Assembly (NCBI GenBank): GCA_964585575.1
Contig: CAZPEM010000002.1
Span: 1-59,627 of the forward strand
Direction: 5' to 3'
DNA from: an uncultured Chitinophagaceae bacterium
GTDB taxonomy: Bacteria; Planctomycetota; Planctomycetia; Pirellulales; UBA1268
Length of the DNA: 59,627 bases
The position numbers and the translations under genes were made by a program. The first letter of the stretch is position 1, and each line of letters begins with the position of its first letter. Positions 42,340-52,067 of the stretch are shown piece by piece. The notes beneath the pieces were generated by a model. The model was given only the letters and a program-made list of their open reading frames with translations, ran no database searches and had not been told where the DNA came from.

Positions 42340-42981
42340 TCAGTCCTTCTCCTCGTCGGGAGCCGCCGGCGGCTTCGTGAGCACGTCGTCCACGAGGCCG
42401 TATTCCTTGGCCTCGGTGGCGGTGAGGTAGCGATCGCGGTCGGTGTCCTTGGCGATCCGCTCGATCGGCTGTCCGGTGTGGTGCGACAGGATCTCGTTGA
42501 GGATCGCCCGGGTCTTGATGATCTCGTCGGCCTGGATCTCGATGTCGCTCACCTGCCCGCCCACCTGGCCGTAGGGCTGGTGGATCATCACCTTGGCGTG
42601 CGGAAGCGCGAACCGCTTCCCCTTGGCGCCGCCGGCGAGCAGCACGGCCCCGCCGCTCGCGGCCAGGCCGACGCAGTAGGTCGCCACGGGGCAGGAAAGG
42701 ATCTGCATCGTGTCGTAGATCGCCATCGTGGCCGTCACGCTGCCGCCAGGCGAGTTGATGTAGAAGTGGATGTCCTTCCGCCGGTTCTCGCTCTGCAGGT
42801 AGAGCAGCTTCATGACGACTTCGTTCGCGTTGCCGTCGTAGATCTCCCCCTGCAGGAGGATGATGCGGTTTTCGAGCAGCAGGTCGCCGAGCGTCATCTG
42901 CCGCTGCCGCTGGTAGTCGCGGTAGGCGCTCGACGCCGATGGCATGGTCGGGAGGCGGTCGGTCATGGTGTTCCTGGTCAT
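42340..42981 (-). CDS. clpP: ATP-dependent Clp protease proteolytic subunit (second paralog)
   Basis: 213 aa. [25 protein letters not shown]. Confidence 0.9.
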   Translation of the reverse strand: MTRNTMTDRLPTMPSASSAYRDYQRQRQMTLGDLLLENRIILLQGEIYDGNANEVVMKLLYLQSENRRKDIHFYINSPGGSVTATMAIYDTMQILSCPVATYCVGLAASGGAVLLAGGAKGKRFALPHAKVMIHQPYGQVGGQVSDIEIQADEIIKTRAILNEILSHHTGQPIERIAKDTDRDRYLTATEAKEYGLVDDVLTKPPAAPDEEKD

Positions 42982-43017
42982 GGGTCGTTCACGGCCGCGG
43001 GGCTCCGCGGCATGGCA

Positions 43018-44550
43018 CTATCGACGGGAGACGCTCCGCAGGTCCATCGCCTCGCTGCGGGTGGCGGTGGGAATCTCCTCCTCGCCGACGACACGGCCGC
43101 ACACGGCATGGTCGATGGCGTCGGAATCGGGCCGCTCGAACTCGAAGGGAACGTCCTTGAACTTCGCCTGCGAAGTGATCAGGTCGATCGTCTTCCGCTC
43201 GATGATCTGGTTTCGCAGCACGTCCATCAGCCCCCGCTTCTCGAGGCTCGACCTGACTCTCCGCGGGGAATCGCCCGACTGTGAGGCGATCGCCCTGATC
43301 TCCTCGTCGTAGTCGGCCGGGGCGTCGACGATCTGATTTTCCTCCGCGAGCTTCTCGAGGATGAAGTGCTCCTTGAGGGCCCGGGACGTGCTCGCCATGA
43401 CGGTCTGCCGGAGGCTGTTCACGTGGCGGCGGATCGTGTCGTCGTCGAACCCGCTGCGACGAAGCTCCAGGATCGACCGCTCGAGCTCCCGCTGGGCCTG
43501 CCGACGCAGCAATTCGGGCGGAAGGTCCCACGAAGCCGACGCCGTGAGCGCCTCGGCGACCTGCTGCCGCACCTGGCGGCGGCGATGCCATTCGAGACGG
43601 TTTTCAAGCTGCTTCCGGACGGCCGCACGGAACTCGTCGGCCGACTCGAAGCCGCCGAACTCGGCGAGCAGCGAGGCCGACAGCTCCGGCGGCTGGAACC
43701 GCTTCACATCGACCACGGTGATTTCGGCATTCACGTTCTTGCCACGCAGGTCCTCGCGGGCGGCGTCGGCCAGGACGGCGATCTCCGCCGAAACCGTAGA
43801 GCCGGGCTTGGCCTTGGAGATCAGCTTGTCGAAACCGGCGAGCTCCGCGTCGGCGAACGACAGCTTCGACCGCACCACGATCTCCACCTCGTCGGCTTCC
43901 GAAACGACCTCGCCGTCATGGGTGAACCGCAGGTTGGCCACGACGAGATCGCCCGTCGTCGGCGGCTCGCTCGAGGGGATCAGCCGACCACGCTCCCGCA
44001 GGATCTCCCGGCTGGCCTCGTCGACATCGGCCTCGGAGATCTCCCGGGTCGGTCGGTTGATCGAAAGCCCCTTCCACTTCGGCAGCTCGAACTCCGGCCG
44101 GACTTCGATCGAGAACTCGAACGTCATCGGGCCCTCGTCGGGCAGCACGACGGCCGCCACGTCGAGATCGGGCTCGCTGATCGGGGCCAGCTTCGCGCGG
44201 TCGCTCACCTGCGCCATCGCGTCGGTGAGCAGCTTCGAGCGGATCTGGTCCTTCAATTCGGTCCTGAAACGGTTCGTGACGAGCGACTTCGGTGCCCGGC
44301 CGGGCCTGAAACCGGGGAGGAGGGCATTCGGCATCAGCTCGCCGATCGCCTCGTTGAAGTAGCGGTCGATCTCTTCCCGCGGCACGGTCACCTTCACCCG
44401 CCGCTGGCAGGTGGAGACGTTCGTCACCTCGATGTCGAACTTCAGTTCGGCGATCTGCTCGCCTCCTGCCGTGCCCGACCCGAGCAAGGCCTCGCTGGCG
44501 TCGGAGGTGGCGAGGGGCTTGGTGGCGTCGGCGCTGGCGGCAGGGGGCAT
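43018..44550 (-). CDS. tig: trigger factor
   Basis: Internal ATG at 44550. RRVKVTVPREEIDRYFNEAIGEL...LPGFRPGRAPKSLV is the trigger factor N-domain. The upstream part of the 845-aa ORF crosses a tRNA and is rejected. Confidence 0.88.
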   Translation of the reverse strand: MPPAASADATKPLATSDASEALLGSGTAGGEQIAELKFDIEVTNVSTCQRRVKVTVPREEIDRYFNEAIGELMPNALLPGFRPGRAPKSLVTNRFRTELKDQIRSKLLTDAMAQVSDRAKLAPISEPDLDVAAVVLPDEGPMTFEFSIEVRPEFELPKWKGLSINRPTREISEADVDEASREILRERGRLIPSSEPPTTGDLVVANLRFTHDGEVVSEADEVEIVVRSKLSFADAELAGFDKLISKAKPGSTVSAEIAVLADAAREDLRGKNVNAEITVVDVKRFQPPELSASLLAEFGGFESADEFRAAVRKQLENRLEWHRRRQVRQQVAEALTASASWDLPPELLRRQAQRELERSILELRRSGFDDDTIRRHVNSLRQTVMASTSRALKEHFILEKLAEENQIVDAPADYDEEIRAIASQSGDSPRRVRSSLEKRGLMDVLRNQIIERKTIDLITSQAKFKDVPFEFERPDSDAIDHAVCGRVVGEEEIPTATRSEAMDLRSVSRR

Positions 44551-44591
44551 GGATGCTCGGAAGGAGGGGGGGCGTGGATAGGAGGAACGAA

Positions 44592-44664
44592 AGCGGGTGA
44601 TGGGATTCGAACCCACGACAACCACGTTGGCAACGTGGTGCTCTACCAACTGAGCTACACCCGC
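44592..44664 (-). tRNA. tRNA-Gly (anticodon GCC)
   Basis: Reverse complement gcgggtgtagctcagttggtagagcaccacgttGCCaacgtggttgtcgtgggttcgaatcccatcacccgct forms a canonical 73-nt cloverleaf. Confidence 0.88.
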
Positions 44665-44721
44665 ACCTGAGCGACGCCCGCGGCAGACGGCAAGACCGCG
44701 GAAATCTCCGGAAACCCCGCG

Positions 44722-44749
44722 ATTATAGGAGTGCGGCGGCCTGCCGCAA
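44722..44749 (-). promoter_or_regulatory. promoter candidate TTGCGG-16-TATAAT upstream of tRNA-Gly/tig/clpP
   Basis: Minus-strand TATAAT at 44722-44727 and TTGCGG at 44744-44749, about 58 nt upstream of the tRNA 5' end. Confidence 0.4.
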
Positions 44750-44895
44750 GGGCATCCTTCAGGAGGGCTGGGGTGGGCACGCAAATCAGGGGTTTTCGCG
44801 ATCCACGCCGCGAGACACTGCCTTGGTTTGGAATGCCCGCACGGGGCATCGTAGACTCCAAGCAGCCCGCAATTCCTCCCCGAAAACGCCCGTTC

Positions 44896-45543
44896 ATGAA
44901 GGTCAGTTTCGTCGTTCTCGAGCCGGAATCGAAGCGGGGAACCTACGAGGTTCCTCTCCCGGTCGTGGTTGGCCGCGGCAGCGAGGCGCGGTTTCGCATC
45001 CAGCAGGACCAGATCAGCCGCAAGCACTGCGAGCTCTTCGATCGCGACGGCGGCGTCTACGTGCGCGACCTCGGCAGCACCAACGGCACGTTTCTCGACG
45101 GGGAGCAGATCGCGGCGAGCATCCGCACGCCCGTGACTTCTGGAAGCGTGCTGCGGGTCGGCACGATCGAAATCCGCATCGACTACGGCGGGGCGGCCGC
45201 GGTGCCGAAGCCGGCCGTCGAGCAGAATGCGACGAGCGAGGAGCTCCCCGAGCTGGCGATCGAAGCGGCTCCGGCGGCCGGCGTCACGGAGGCGATCGAG
45301 ACGGAGAAGCCGATCGATGCGGAGATGGTCGTCGAGACGGAGAACTCGCCCGAGCCCGGCGACTTCGGCGTCATCGAGGCCGAGCAGCCCGTCGACGAGG
45401 CCTTCGACCCGGCGGCCTTGGGCGACGCCGTGGCCGAAGCCGAACCGCCTGCGGACGGCTCCTTCGATTTCCTCGGCGGTGCGAAGGAAGAACAGCCGTC
45501 CGCCGACGCGGATCTCGACGACTTCTTCAAGGGGCTCAAGTAA
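44896..45543 (+). CDS. FHA-domain protein with acidic C-terminal tail
   Basis: VVVGRGSEARFRIQQDQISRKHCELFDRDGGVYVRDLGSTNGTFLDGEQI is a classic FHA domain. Confidence 0.8.
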   Translation: MKVSFVVLEPESKRGTYEVPLPVVVGRGSEARFRIQQDQISRKHCELFDRDGGVYVRDLGSTNGTFLDGEQIAASIRTPVTSGSVLRVGTIEIRIDYGGAAAVPKPAVEQNATSEELPELAIEAAPAAGVTEAIETEKPIDAEMVVETENSPEPGDFGVIEAEQPVDEAFDPAALGDAVAEAEPPADGSFDFLGGAKEEQPSADADLDDFFKGLK

Positions 45544-46392
45544 GTGGCCCAGCAATCAAACCGATCAATCCCGGCAAACCAGTCCAACCCGACGGCCTCT
45601 GCGGCAAAGCGGGTGACCGTCCGCGACCTCGTCGCCGCGAAGGGGAGTCGACGGCCGATCTCGATGGTGACAGCCTACGACTTTCCCACCGCGCGGCTCG
45701 TGGATGCGGCCGGCGTCGACTGCGTCCTCGTCGGCGACAGCGTGGCGATGGTCGTCGCAGGACGCTCCTCGACGATCCCCGCGACGATCGAGCAGATGAT
45801 CTACCACGGCGAGATCGTCTCGCGCGGGGTGGAGCGGGCCTTCGTCGTCGTCGATCTCCCCTTCCCTCTCCAGCACCTCGGCGTGGAACGCGCCATCGAG
45901 GCCTCGGCCAGAATCCTCAAGGAGACCGGCTGCCAGGGGGTGAAGCTCGAGGGCACGGCGGGACAGGCGGACGTGATCGCCGGCATCGCGGGGGCCGGGA
46001 TTCCCGTGATGGGGCACGTGGGCCTGCGGCCCCAGGCGGTGCACCAGCTCGGCGGCTACCGGATGCAGCGGGACCACGACCGCCTCATGGACGACGCGAA
46101 GGCCGCGGCCGCCGCCGGTGCGTTCGCCGTGGTGCTGGAATGCATCCCGCAGGAGACGGCTGCCGCGATCACCGAATCGATCGCCGTGCCGACGATCGGC
46201 ATCGGCGCGGGCGTCCGCTGCGACGGCCAGGTGCTCGTGCTCCACGACCTCGTCGGCCTGTCGCCGGACCGCGTGCCCCGGTTCGTGAGGCGGTATGCCG
46301 ATGCGGGCGGGGCGGTCCGCGACGCCGTGGCCCGGTGGCATGCTGACGTCGTCGATCGTCGCTTTCCCGGTCCCGACGAGACGCTCGGGTGA
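45544..46392 (+). CDS. panB: 3-methyl-2-oxobutanoate hydroxymethyltransferase
   Basis: ISMVTAYDFPTARLVDAAGVDCVLVGDSVAMVV, VKLEG, GHVGLRPQ motifs. GTG start. Confidence 0.9.
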   Translation: MAQQSNRSIPANQSNPTASAAKRVTVRDLVAAKGSRRPISMVTAYDFPTARLVDAAGVDCVLVGDSVAMVVAGRSSTIPATIEQMIYHGEIVSRGVERAFVVVDLPFPLQHLGVERAIEASARILKETGCQGVKLEGTAGQADVIAGIAGAGIPVMGHVGLRPQAVHQLGGYRMQRDHDRLMDDAKAAAAAGAFAVVLECIPQETAAAITESIAVPTIGIGAGVRCDGQVLVLHDLVGLSPDRVPRFVRRYADAGGAVRDAVARWHADVVDRRFPGPDETLG

Positions 46393-46425
46393 GTCGCTTC
46401 GGCGACGGAGCCGCTTCGTAAACGC

Positions 46426-46911
46426 CTACGGCAGGACGACCTCGTCGGAGATGACGACCGGCTTGCTCGTCGTCACCGCCGCGGTCGGGCTCGGCGTTGG
46501 CACCGTCGTGCCGCCGGCAGGAATGCCACCGGCAGGAATGCCACCGGCAGGAATGCCACCGGCGGGGAGCCCCTCGGCGACCGAGCCCGAGCAGCCGTCG
46601 CATCCACCCGCCCCCGCGGCGACCGCTCCACCCGCCGCGGGCCCGCAGGGGGCCGTCGCGCAGGGAGCCCCACCCATCGCGGGCTGGCCGCAGGGCTGCA
46701 TCGCGGGGGCGGCCACTGGGCCGGCGGCGCCCGTCGGCACGAACCCGGGGGGAAGGTGGCCGAAGCACCGCTCGTACTTCCAGACCTCGAGCCGGATGTA
46801 GGACTCGCTGAGCGACTTGCAGCCCACCGACGAAAGCATCGCGGGCAGCAGCCCGCAGGCACACATCAGCATTGGCAGGCTCGCGGCAGGCCGCCGGCAG
46901 ATCCGTCGCAT
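46426..46911 (-). CDS. small Cys/Pro/Gly/Ala-rich lipoprotein with GGIPA repeats
   Basis: Internal ATG at 46911. Lipobox LSSVGC. 15-nt x3 repeat at about 46514-46558 encodes GGIPAGGIPAGGIPAGG. Confidence 0.5.
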   Translation of the reverse strand: MRRICRRPAASLPMLMCACGLLPAMLSSVGCKSLSESYIRLEVWKYERCFGHLPPGFVPTGAAGPVAAPAMQPCGQPAMGGAPCATAPCGPAAGGAVAAGAGGCDGCSGSVAEGLPAGGIPAGGIPAGGIPAGGTTVPTPSPTAAVTTSKPVVISDEVVLP

Positions 46912-47061
46912 CGAAGCGTCTCCGTTCCTTCGGGAAGAGTCGGAAGCGGATCGCATTCCTCGCGACGAGCTTCCGAGCAACCCTACCCCTTGAAACGTGC
47001 GCGGCAAATCGGCGCCGGCGGGCGGTGGAAGATTTTCGGAGGCGGCCTGCGGACGAGAGGG

Positions 47062-47151
47062 CTACCCCTTCCGGTGGCGAATGCGGGCGCGCATGCGGCG
47101 CTTCTTCTGGCCGAGCTTGCGGCGGCCCTTGCCTGTTTTCTTGACACCCAT
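47062..47151 (-). CDS. 29-aa highly basic peptide (ribosomal-protein-like; possibly bS22/AURKAIP1-type)
   Basis: Not in the ORF track because it is too short. ATG at 47151 preceded by GGGAGA, TAG at 47062-47064. Translation MGVKKTGKGRRKLGQKKRRMRARIRHRKG. Confidence 0.45.
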   Translation of the reverse strand: MGVKKTGKGRRKLGQKKRRMRARIRHRKG

Positions 47152-47198
47152 GAGTTTCTCCCTGCTGCGTTGGTGCTGTCGGTCGTGCGGATTGTAAA

Positions 47199-48329
47199 GT
47201 GGGAGGGCTTTCGCACAAGTTCGCAGGGGCCAGTCGCCGCGTGATCACGAGCTTTCCCACCTACGCCCGCCGAGCTGAGGACGGCCGCTGGCGGGTCCAC
47301 GTGGCCGGCATGGTCTGCCGGCCGCTGCCCCCCACGAGCCGACGCAGGAACATGGCGATCGCCGTGCTCAAGAGGCTGCTCGACCTCGACGCGGACCAGG
47401 CCCGCTCGCCGCTGTTCCAGCACCGGGCCGACGCCTTCTTCTTCCAGCGGGTGGCCGGGCAGCCGGTCGAGGTCGTGATCGGCGGCCGGCGGTTTTCCGC
47501 CGGGGCCACCGACCGGGTGGGCCACTTTTCGACCGTGCTCGAGCTCGACGAACAGCTGCTCGGCGAGGTCCGCGGCGAGCCCCCCGCCGGCAACGGAAGG
47601 TCGATCGCCTGCCGCGTCGAGACGGTTCCCCAGGCCGACGACCGGCCGGAGGATCGCGAGGATGCCGCGGCCGCTCCGGGGCGGATTCACGTCGTCGAGC
47701 GGGAGGGGCTGTCGGTCGTGTCCGACATCGACGACACCGTCAAGGACAGCAACGTCATCGAAAAGCGGGAGCTCCTCGCCAACACGTTCATCCGGGAATT
47801 CCGCCCGATCGACGACATGGTGGAGGCGTTCCGAAGGCTCGAGGCGGGCGGTGCGGCGTTCCATTACGTGTCCGCGAGCCCCTGGCAGCTCGCCAGCTGC
47901 CTCCGCGAATTCTTCGAGAAGGAGGGGCTTCCGGCCGGGTCGATGCACCTGAAGCTCTTTCGGCTGAAGGATTCGACGCCCCTGGGCCGGTTTCCGTCGC
48001 GGAAGCGGTCGAAGCGGCGTGCGATCGAGCGGATCCTCGCCGACTTTCCGGGCCGGCGGTTCCTGCTCGTCGGCGATTCCGGCGAGCTCGATCCGGAGGT
48101 CTACGCCTCGGTCGCACGGCGAAATCCGGGCCGCGTCGCCGGCATCGCGATCCGGCTCGTTCATCGGGGCGACGCCGCGGCGGTGGTGCGGCATCGGCTC
48201 GGGAAGCTCGCCAGGCGTCTTCCGCACGGCATGCTCGCGGTCTTCGAGCGGGCGGAGGAGGCGTTCCCGTCCGGTCTCTTCGATCCGCACGGCCGCGGCG
48301 GTCACCACGGGCTGTCGAACGCGTTCTGA
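47199..48329 (+). CDS. App1-family phosphatidate phosphatase-like protein (DUF2183)
   Basis: VVSDIDDTVKDSNV, HYVSASPWQL and VGDSGELDPEVY motifs. Confidence 0.7.
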   Translation: MGGLSHKFAGASRRVITSFPTYARRAEDGRWRVHVAGMVCRPLPPTSRRRNMAIAVLKRLLDLDADQARSPLFQHRADAFFFQRVAGQPVEVVIGGRRFSAGATDRVGHFSTVLELDEQLLGEVRGEPPAGNGRSIACRVETVPQADDRPEDREDAAAAPGRIHVVEREGLSVVSDIDDTVKDSNVIEKRELLANTFIREFRPIDDMVEAFRRLEAGGAAFHYVSASPWQLASCLREFFEKEGLPAGSMHLKLFRLKDSTPLGRFPSRKRSKRRAIERILADFPGRRFLLVGDSGELDPEVYASVARRNPGRVAGIAIRLVHRGDAAAVVRHRLGKLARRLPHGMLAVFERAEEAFPSGLFDPHGRGGHHGLSNAF

Positions 48330-48688
48330 AAGTGCTCGACGTCGGGCTCGCGGCCGTCGTGGTGGAAGAGCACCGTCACGACGTCGATCCGCACGCTGCA
48401 ATCCTCGAGCTTGTGGCGTCGGATGTAGGCCGACGCGAGTTCGGCGACCCGCCGCTGCTTCGCCGGGCCCACGGTCTCGGCCGGGTGGCCGTGCTCGAGG
48501 TCGCTGCGGCTGCGAACCTCCACGAAGACCACGGTGCGGCCGTCGAGGGCGACGATGTCGAGGTCGCCCCGGAGCACCCGCTCCCGCAGTCCGACGATCC
48601 GGTAGCCCTGCCGGCGAAGATACGCGGCCGCGACGGCCTCTCCACGGTGGCCGATCGAATCGCGAGATGGTCGGCCCCAGAGAGGCAT
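48302..48688 (-). CDS. yraN: YraN-family (UPF0102) endonuclease-like protein
   Basis: Internal ATG at 48688. GHRGEAVAAAYLRRQGYRIVGLRERVLRGDLDIVALDGRTVVFVEVRSR is typical of YraN. Confidence 0.8.
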   Translation of the reverse strand: MPLWGRPSRDSIGHRGEAVAAAYLRRQGYRIVGLRERVLRGDLDIVALDGRTVVFVEVRSRSDLEHGHPAETVGPAKQRRVAELASAYIRRHKLEDCSVRIDVVTVLFHHDGREPDVEHFQNAFDSPW

Positions 48689-48717
48689 CGCCGAGCCTGC
48701 GCCGCTCGCCGCAAAGG

Positions 48718-49131
48718 CTACGCCTTGACGGCCTTCTTCTTCGCGGCCTTGGCCGGCTTCGCGGCGGTGGCCTCGGTCGTCTCGGCCCGCTTCTCCTTCA
48801 GGCGGACCGACTTGCCGACCCGGTCGCGAAGGTAGTAGAGCTTCGCGCGGCGGGCGACGCCCGACCGCTTCACTTCGATCTTCGCGATCTTCGGAGAGTG
48901 GATCGGGAACTTCCGTTCCACGCCCTCGCCGGCGACGATCCGACGCACCGTGAACGTCTCGCGGCTCCCCGAACCCGCGCGGGCGATCACCACGCCGTTG
49001 AAGATCTGAATGCGTTCCTTGTCTCCCTCGAGAATTCGCGTGTGGACGTCGACGGTGTCGCCGATCGCGAAGGGTGCGACGTCGGACTTGAGGCTCGAGG
49101 CCTCCACTTTGGCGAGGATCTTCTGGCTCAT
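48718..49131 (-). CDS. rplS: 50S ribosomal protein L19
   Basis: [45 protein letters not shown]... Confidence 0.92.
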   Translation of the reverse strand: MSQKILAKVEASSLKSDVAPFAIGDTVDVHTRILEGDKERIQIFNGVVIARAGSGSRETFTVRRIVAGEGVERKFPIHSPKIAKIEVKRSGVARRAKLYYLRDRVGKSVRLKEKRAETTEATAAKPAKAAKKKAVKA

Positions 49132-49871
49132 GGGGTGCTCCTTTGGATGTGGGGTGTCTGGGTATTGGGCGTCTGGGGGCGTATCGAACTGGCTTTGGCC
49201 TCGCGGCGGCGGGTGGCGTCGATCGCCTGTTCCTGCCGCCACTTGGCGATCCGGCCGTGGTCGCCCGAAAGCAGCACCTCCGGCACGGCGAAACCGCGGA
49301 ACTCCCGCGGCCGGGTGTATTGGGGGCCTTCGACGAGCCGGCCGGCTCCGGAGAACGAATCCTCGCGGGCGCTCGCCTCGTCACCGAGCACGCCGGGCAG
49401 CAGTCGCGACACGGCGTCGATGACGACCATCGCCGCGACCTCGCCGCCGGAGAGGACGTAGTCGCCGATCGAGATCCGGTCGGGGGCGAGCACCTGCTCG
49501 ATGCGGTGGTCGAAGCCCTCGTAGCGTCCGCAGACGAGCACGAGCCGCTCCTTCGACGCCAGTTCCTCGACGATCGCCTGGTCGAGCGTCCGGCCGCCGG
49601 GCGTGAGCATCACGAGGTGGCCGGCAGACGCGGCGTCGGCTGCGGCCTGCACCGCCTCCACGCACGACACCACCGGCCCGGGCATGAGCAGCATTCCCGG
49701 CCCACCGCCGAACGGACGGTCGTCCACCTGCCGGTGCACGCCCTCCGCGAAGTCGCGAATGTTCACCAGGCGGATGTCGAGGAGCCCCTTCTCCCGGGCC
49801 GCGCCGAGCAGGCTCGCCTCGAGGAAGCCGGAGAACATCTCCGGAAACAGCGTGAGAATGTCGATCCGCAT
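49128..49871 (-). CDS. trmD: tRNA (guanine37-N1)-methyltransferase
   Basis: [13 protein letters not shown]..., [24 protein letters not shown]-like, [12 protein letters not shown]. Confidence 0.92.
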   Translation of the reverse strand: MRIDILTLFPEMFSGFLEASLLGAAREKGLLDIRLVNIRDFAEGVHRQVDDRPFGGGPGMLLMPGPVVSCVEAVQAAADAASAGHLVMLTPGGRTLDQAIVEELASKERLVLVCGRYEGFDHRIEQVLAPDRISIGDYVLSGGEVAAMVVIDAVSRLLPGVLGDEASAREDSFSGAGRLVEGPQYTRPREFRGFAVPEVLLSGDHGRIAKWRQEQAIDATRRREAKASSIRPQTPNTQTPHIQRSTP

Positions 49872-49951
49872 GGGGCACCGCGATCGCGCTGCTCGTCGAA
49901 CCGCCAATGAAGGCGGGAAGAAAGGCCGCGCGCAGGCAAATTGTTCCAGGG

Positions 49952-50422
49952 CTATTCGGCCTTCGGTTCCGCAGCGGCTTCGGAAGCGGGCTGCTCCGCT
50001 TCGACGGCCGAAGCCTCGACTGCCGGGGCCGCTTCCGCGGCCGGCGGAACTGCGTCCGCAGCCGGCGGAACTGCCTGCTTCACCTCGGGCACGAACGCCG
50101 GCTCACCAGCATCGGGAACGATCTTCGGCATGGCGAGCTTCGCCCGCGCTGCCTCCATCTGCGCCACGTGCGTCCCGTTGGGACCGTATTTCTTGATGAG
50201 GACCGCCACGGCCGGCGAAGGCTTCGCGCCGACGCCCAGCCAGTACTTCAGCCGCTCGCCATTGAGCGTGCAGCGGGCGTCGGTCTCCGACACCTTCGGG
50301 TCGTACGTTCCCAGCTCCTCCACCACGCGGCCATCCCGCGGGCTGCGACGGTCGGTCGCGCAGATCCTGTAGAACTCACGGTGCTTGCGGCCCATCCGCT
50401 TCATCCGAATCGTCACTGCCAC
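49952..50422 (-). CDS. rpsP: 30S ribosomal protein S16 with Ala/Pro/Glu-rich C-terminal extension
   Basis: [42 protein letters not shown]... Confidence 0.9.
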   Translation of the reverse strand: MAVTIRMKRMGRKHREFYRICATDRRSPRDGRVVEELGTYDPKVSETDARCTLNGERLKYWLGVGAKPSPAVAVLIKKYGPNGTHVAQMEAARAKLAMPKIVPDAGEPAFVPEVKQAVPPAADAVPPAAEAAPAVEASAVEAEQPASEAAAEPKAE

Positions 50423-50561
50423 GGTCGCTCTCCTGCTGGGGGTTGGTCGGACCCTCTAGAGTAACGCTTCTCGGCGGGAACCCAAGGGGCCCTTGAAAAC
50501 GCGTGTTCCCCGGGGCGATCCTTGGGAAATTCCCCCGCCCCCCCCACGGTGCCCCGACCCC

Positions 50562-52058
50562 ATGTTCGAAGCCCTGTCCGCCTCCCTCTCCTCGGCCATC
50601 AACTCGCTCCGAGGCCGCGGGAAACTCACCGAATCGAACATGCGGGAGGGGCTCGAGTCGGTCCGCACGGCCCTGCTGGAGGCCGACGTCGCCTACGACG
50701 TGGTCGATGGGTTTCTCGATCGCGTCTCCGCCGGCGCCGTCGGGGCGAAGGTGCTCGAGTCGCTCGATCCGGCGCAGCAGCTCGTCGGGATCGTCCACAA
50801 GGAGCTCGTGGACCTGATGGGGCCGGTGGACCATTCGCTCCACCTGCAGGCCGGCAAGACGACGATCCTCATGCTCTGCGGCCTCCAGGGGTCGGGCAAG
50901 ACGACCACCTGCGCGAAGCTCGCCCGGCGGATCAAGGAGCAGGGGCGCGAGGTGATGCTCGTGGCCGCCGACCTCCAGAGGCCCGCGGCGATCGAGCAGC
51001 TCGCCGTGCTCGGCCGGCAGATCGGCGCGGAGGTGCACCTGCCCGAGAAGCCCGCCGGGCGCGACGACTACTCCGGCACCGACCCCGTCGCCGTCTGCAC
51101 CGCCGGCGTCGCCAAGGCGAAGGCGAAAAGCATCCCCGTCGTGATCCTCGACACGGCGGGTCGGCTCGCGATCGACGAGCCGCTCATGAAGGAGCTCGCG
51201 AAGATCGACCGGTCGGTCGGCCCCGACCAGGTGTTCCTCGTCGTAGACGCGATGACCGGCCAGGACGCCGTGAGGAGCGCGAAGGCGTTCAACGAGGCGC
51301 TCGAGCTCGACGGCGTGATCATGACGAAGCTCGACGGCGACGCCCGCGGCGGTGCGGCGCTCTCCGTGAAGAGCGTCACGGGCGTGCCGATCAAGTTCAT
51401 CGGCACGGGTGAAGCGGTCGAGGCGATCGAGGAATTCCACCCGGATCGGATGGCCGGCAGGATTCTCGGCATGGGCGACGTGCTCACGCTCGTCGAGGAG
51501 GCGCAGCGGAAGTTCGACCAGGAGGAGATGCTGCGGCAGGAGGAGCGGCTCAAGGCGGGCGAGTTCACGCTCGACGACTTCCGGAAGATGCTCGCCCAGA
51601 CCCGCCGGCTCGGGCCGCTCGGCAAGGTGATGGGGATGATTCCGGGGATGGGCGGCATGAAGGAGATGCTCGGCGACGCCGACCTCGAGAAGGACATGAA
51701 CCGGCTCTTCGGCATCATCGATTCCATGACGCCTGAGGAGCGTCGGAATCCCTCGAAGGTGATCGACCAGTCCCGCCGCCGGAGGATCGCCGCGGGGGCC
51801 GGGGTTGAACTCCACGAGGTGGGCGACCTCGTGAAGCAGTTCGACGGCATGGCGGCGATGATGAAGGGGATGGCGGGCCTCGGCATGGCCGATCGCATGC
51901 GGCAGGTGCAGCGGATGCAGTCGGAGCTTGCGAATCCCGCCGCGCGGCTCGCGCGGCCAAAGGGCGACACGGGCAAGCGGCTCACCGCCGATGAGCGGCG
52001 GAAGCTGAAGAAGCAGCGGGAGAAGGAGGCCCGCCGCCGAAAGCGAAGCGGCAAGTGA
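50562..52058 (+). CDS. ffh: signal recognition particle protein Ffh
   Basis: [47 protein letters not shown], and a Met-rich M domain. Confidence 0.93.
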   Translation: MFEALSASLSSAINSLRGRGKLTESNMREGLESVRTALLEADVAYDVVDGFLDRVSAGAVGAKVLESLDPAQQLVGIVHKELVDLMGPVDHSLHLQAGKTTILMLCGLQGSGKTTTCAKLARRIKEQGREVMLVAADLQRPAAIEQLAVLGRQIGAEVHLPEKPAGRDDYSGTDPVAVCTAGVAKAKAKSIPVVILDTAGRLAIDEPLMKELAKIDRSVGPDQVFLVVDAMTGQDAVRSAKAFNEALELDGVIMTKLDGDARGGAALSVKSVTGVPIKFIGTGEAVEAIEEFHPDRMAGRILGMGDVLTLVEEAQRKFDQEEMLRQEERLKAGEFTLDDFRKMLAQTRRLGPLGKVMGMIPGMGGMKEMLGDADLEKDMNRLFGIIDSMTPEERRNPSKVIDQSRRRRIAAGAGVELHEVGDLVKQFDGMAAMMKGMAGLGMADRMRQVQRMQSELANPAARLARPKGDTGKRLTADERRKLKKQREKEARRRKRSGK

Positions 52059-52067
52059 GCGGCCCGC

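Noticed and set aside
41730-42981. Two adjacent clpP genes considered as a possible anomaly
   Set aside because: Both keep the Ser-His-Asp contexts. Paired clpP1/clpP2 genes are common in several phyla, so this is ordinary.
43018-45555. 845-aa ORF extending trigger factor upstream
   Set aside because: The extension runs through tRNA-Gly (44592-44664) and antisense to the FHA gene. Trigger factor homology begins at the ATG at 44550.
46514-46558. Short tandem repeats (also 37730-37792 and 25005-25028) considered as CRISPR-like or minisatellite arrays
   Set aside because: The units are 12-21 nt and directly abutting or nearly so, with 2-3 copies and no spacer structure. Two are in-frame coding repeats. 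This is not CRISPR.
48302-49384. 360-aa ORF on the minus strand
   Set aside because: Only the last 128 codons (YraN family) look real. The upstream part overlaps rplS and trmD in other frames.
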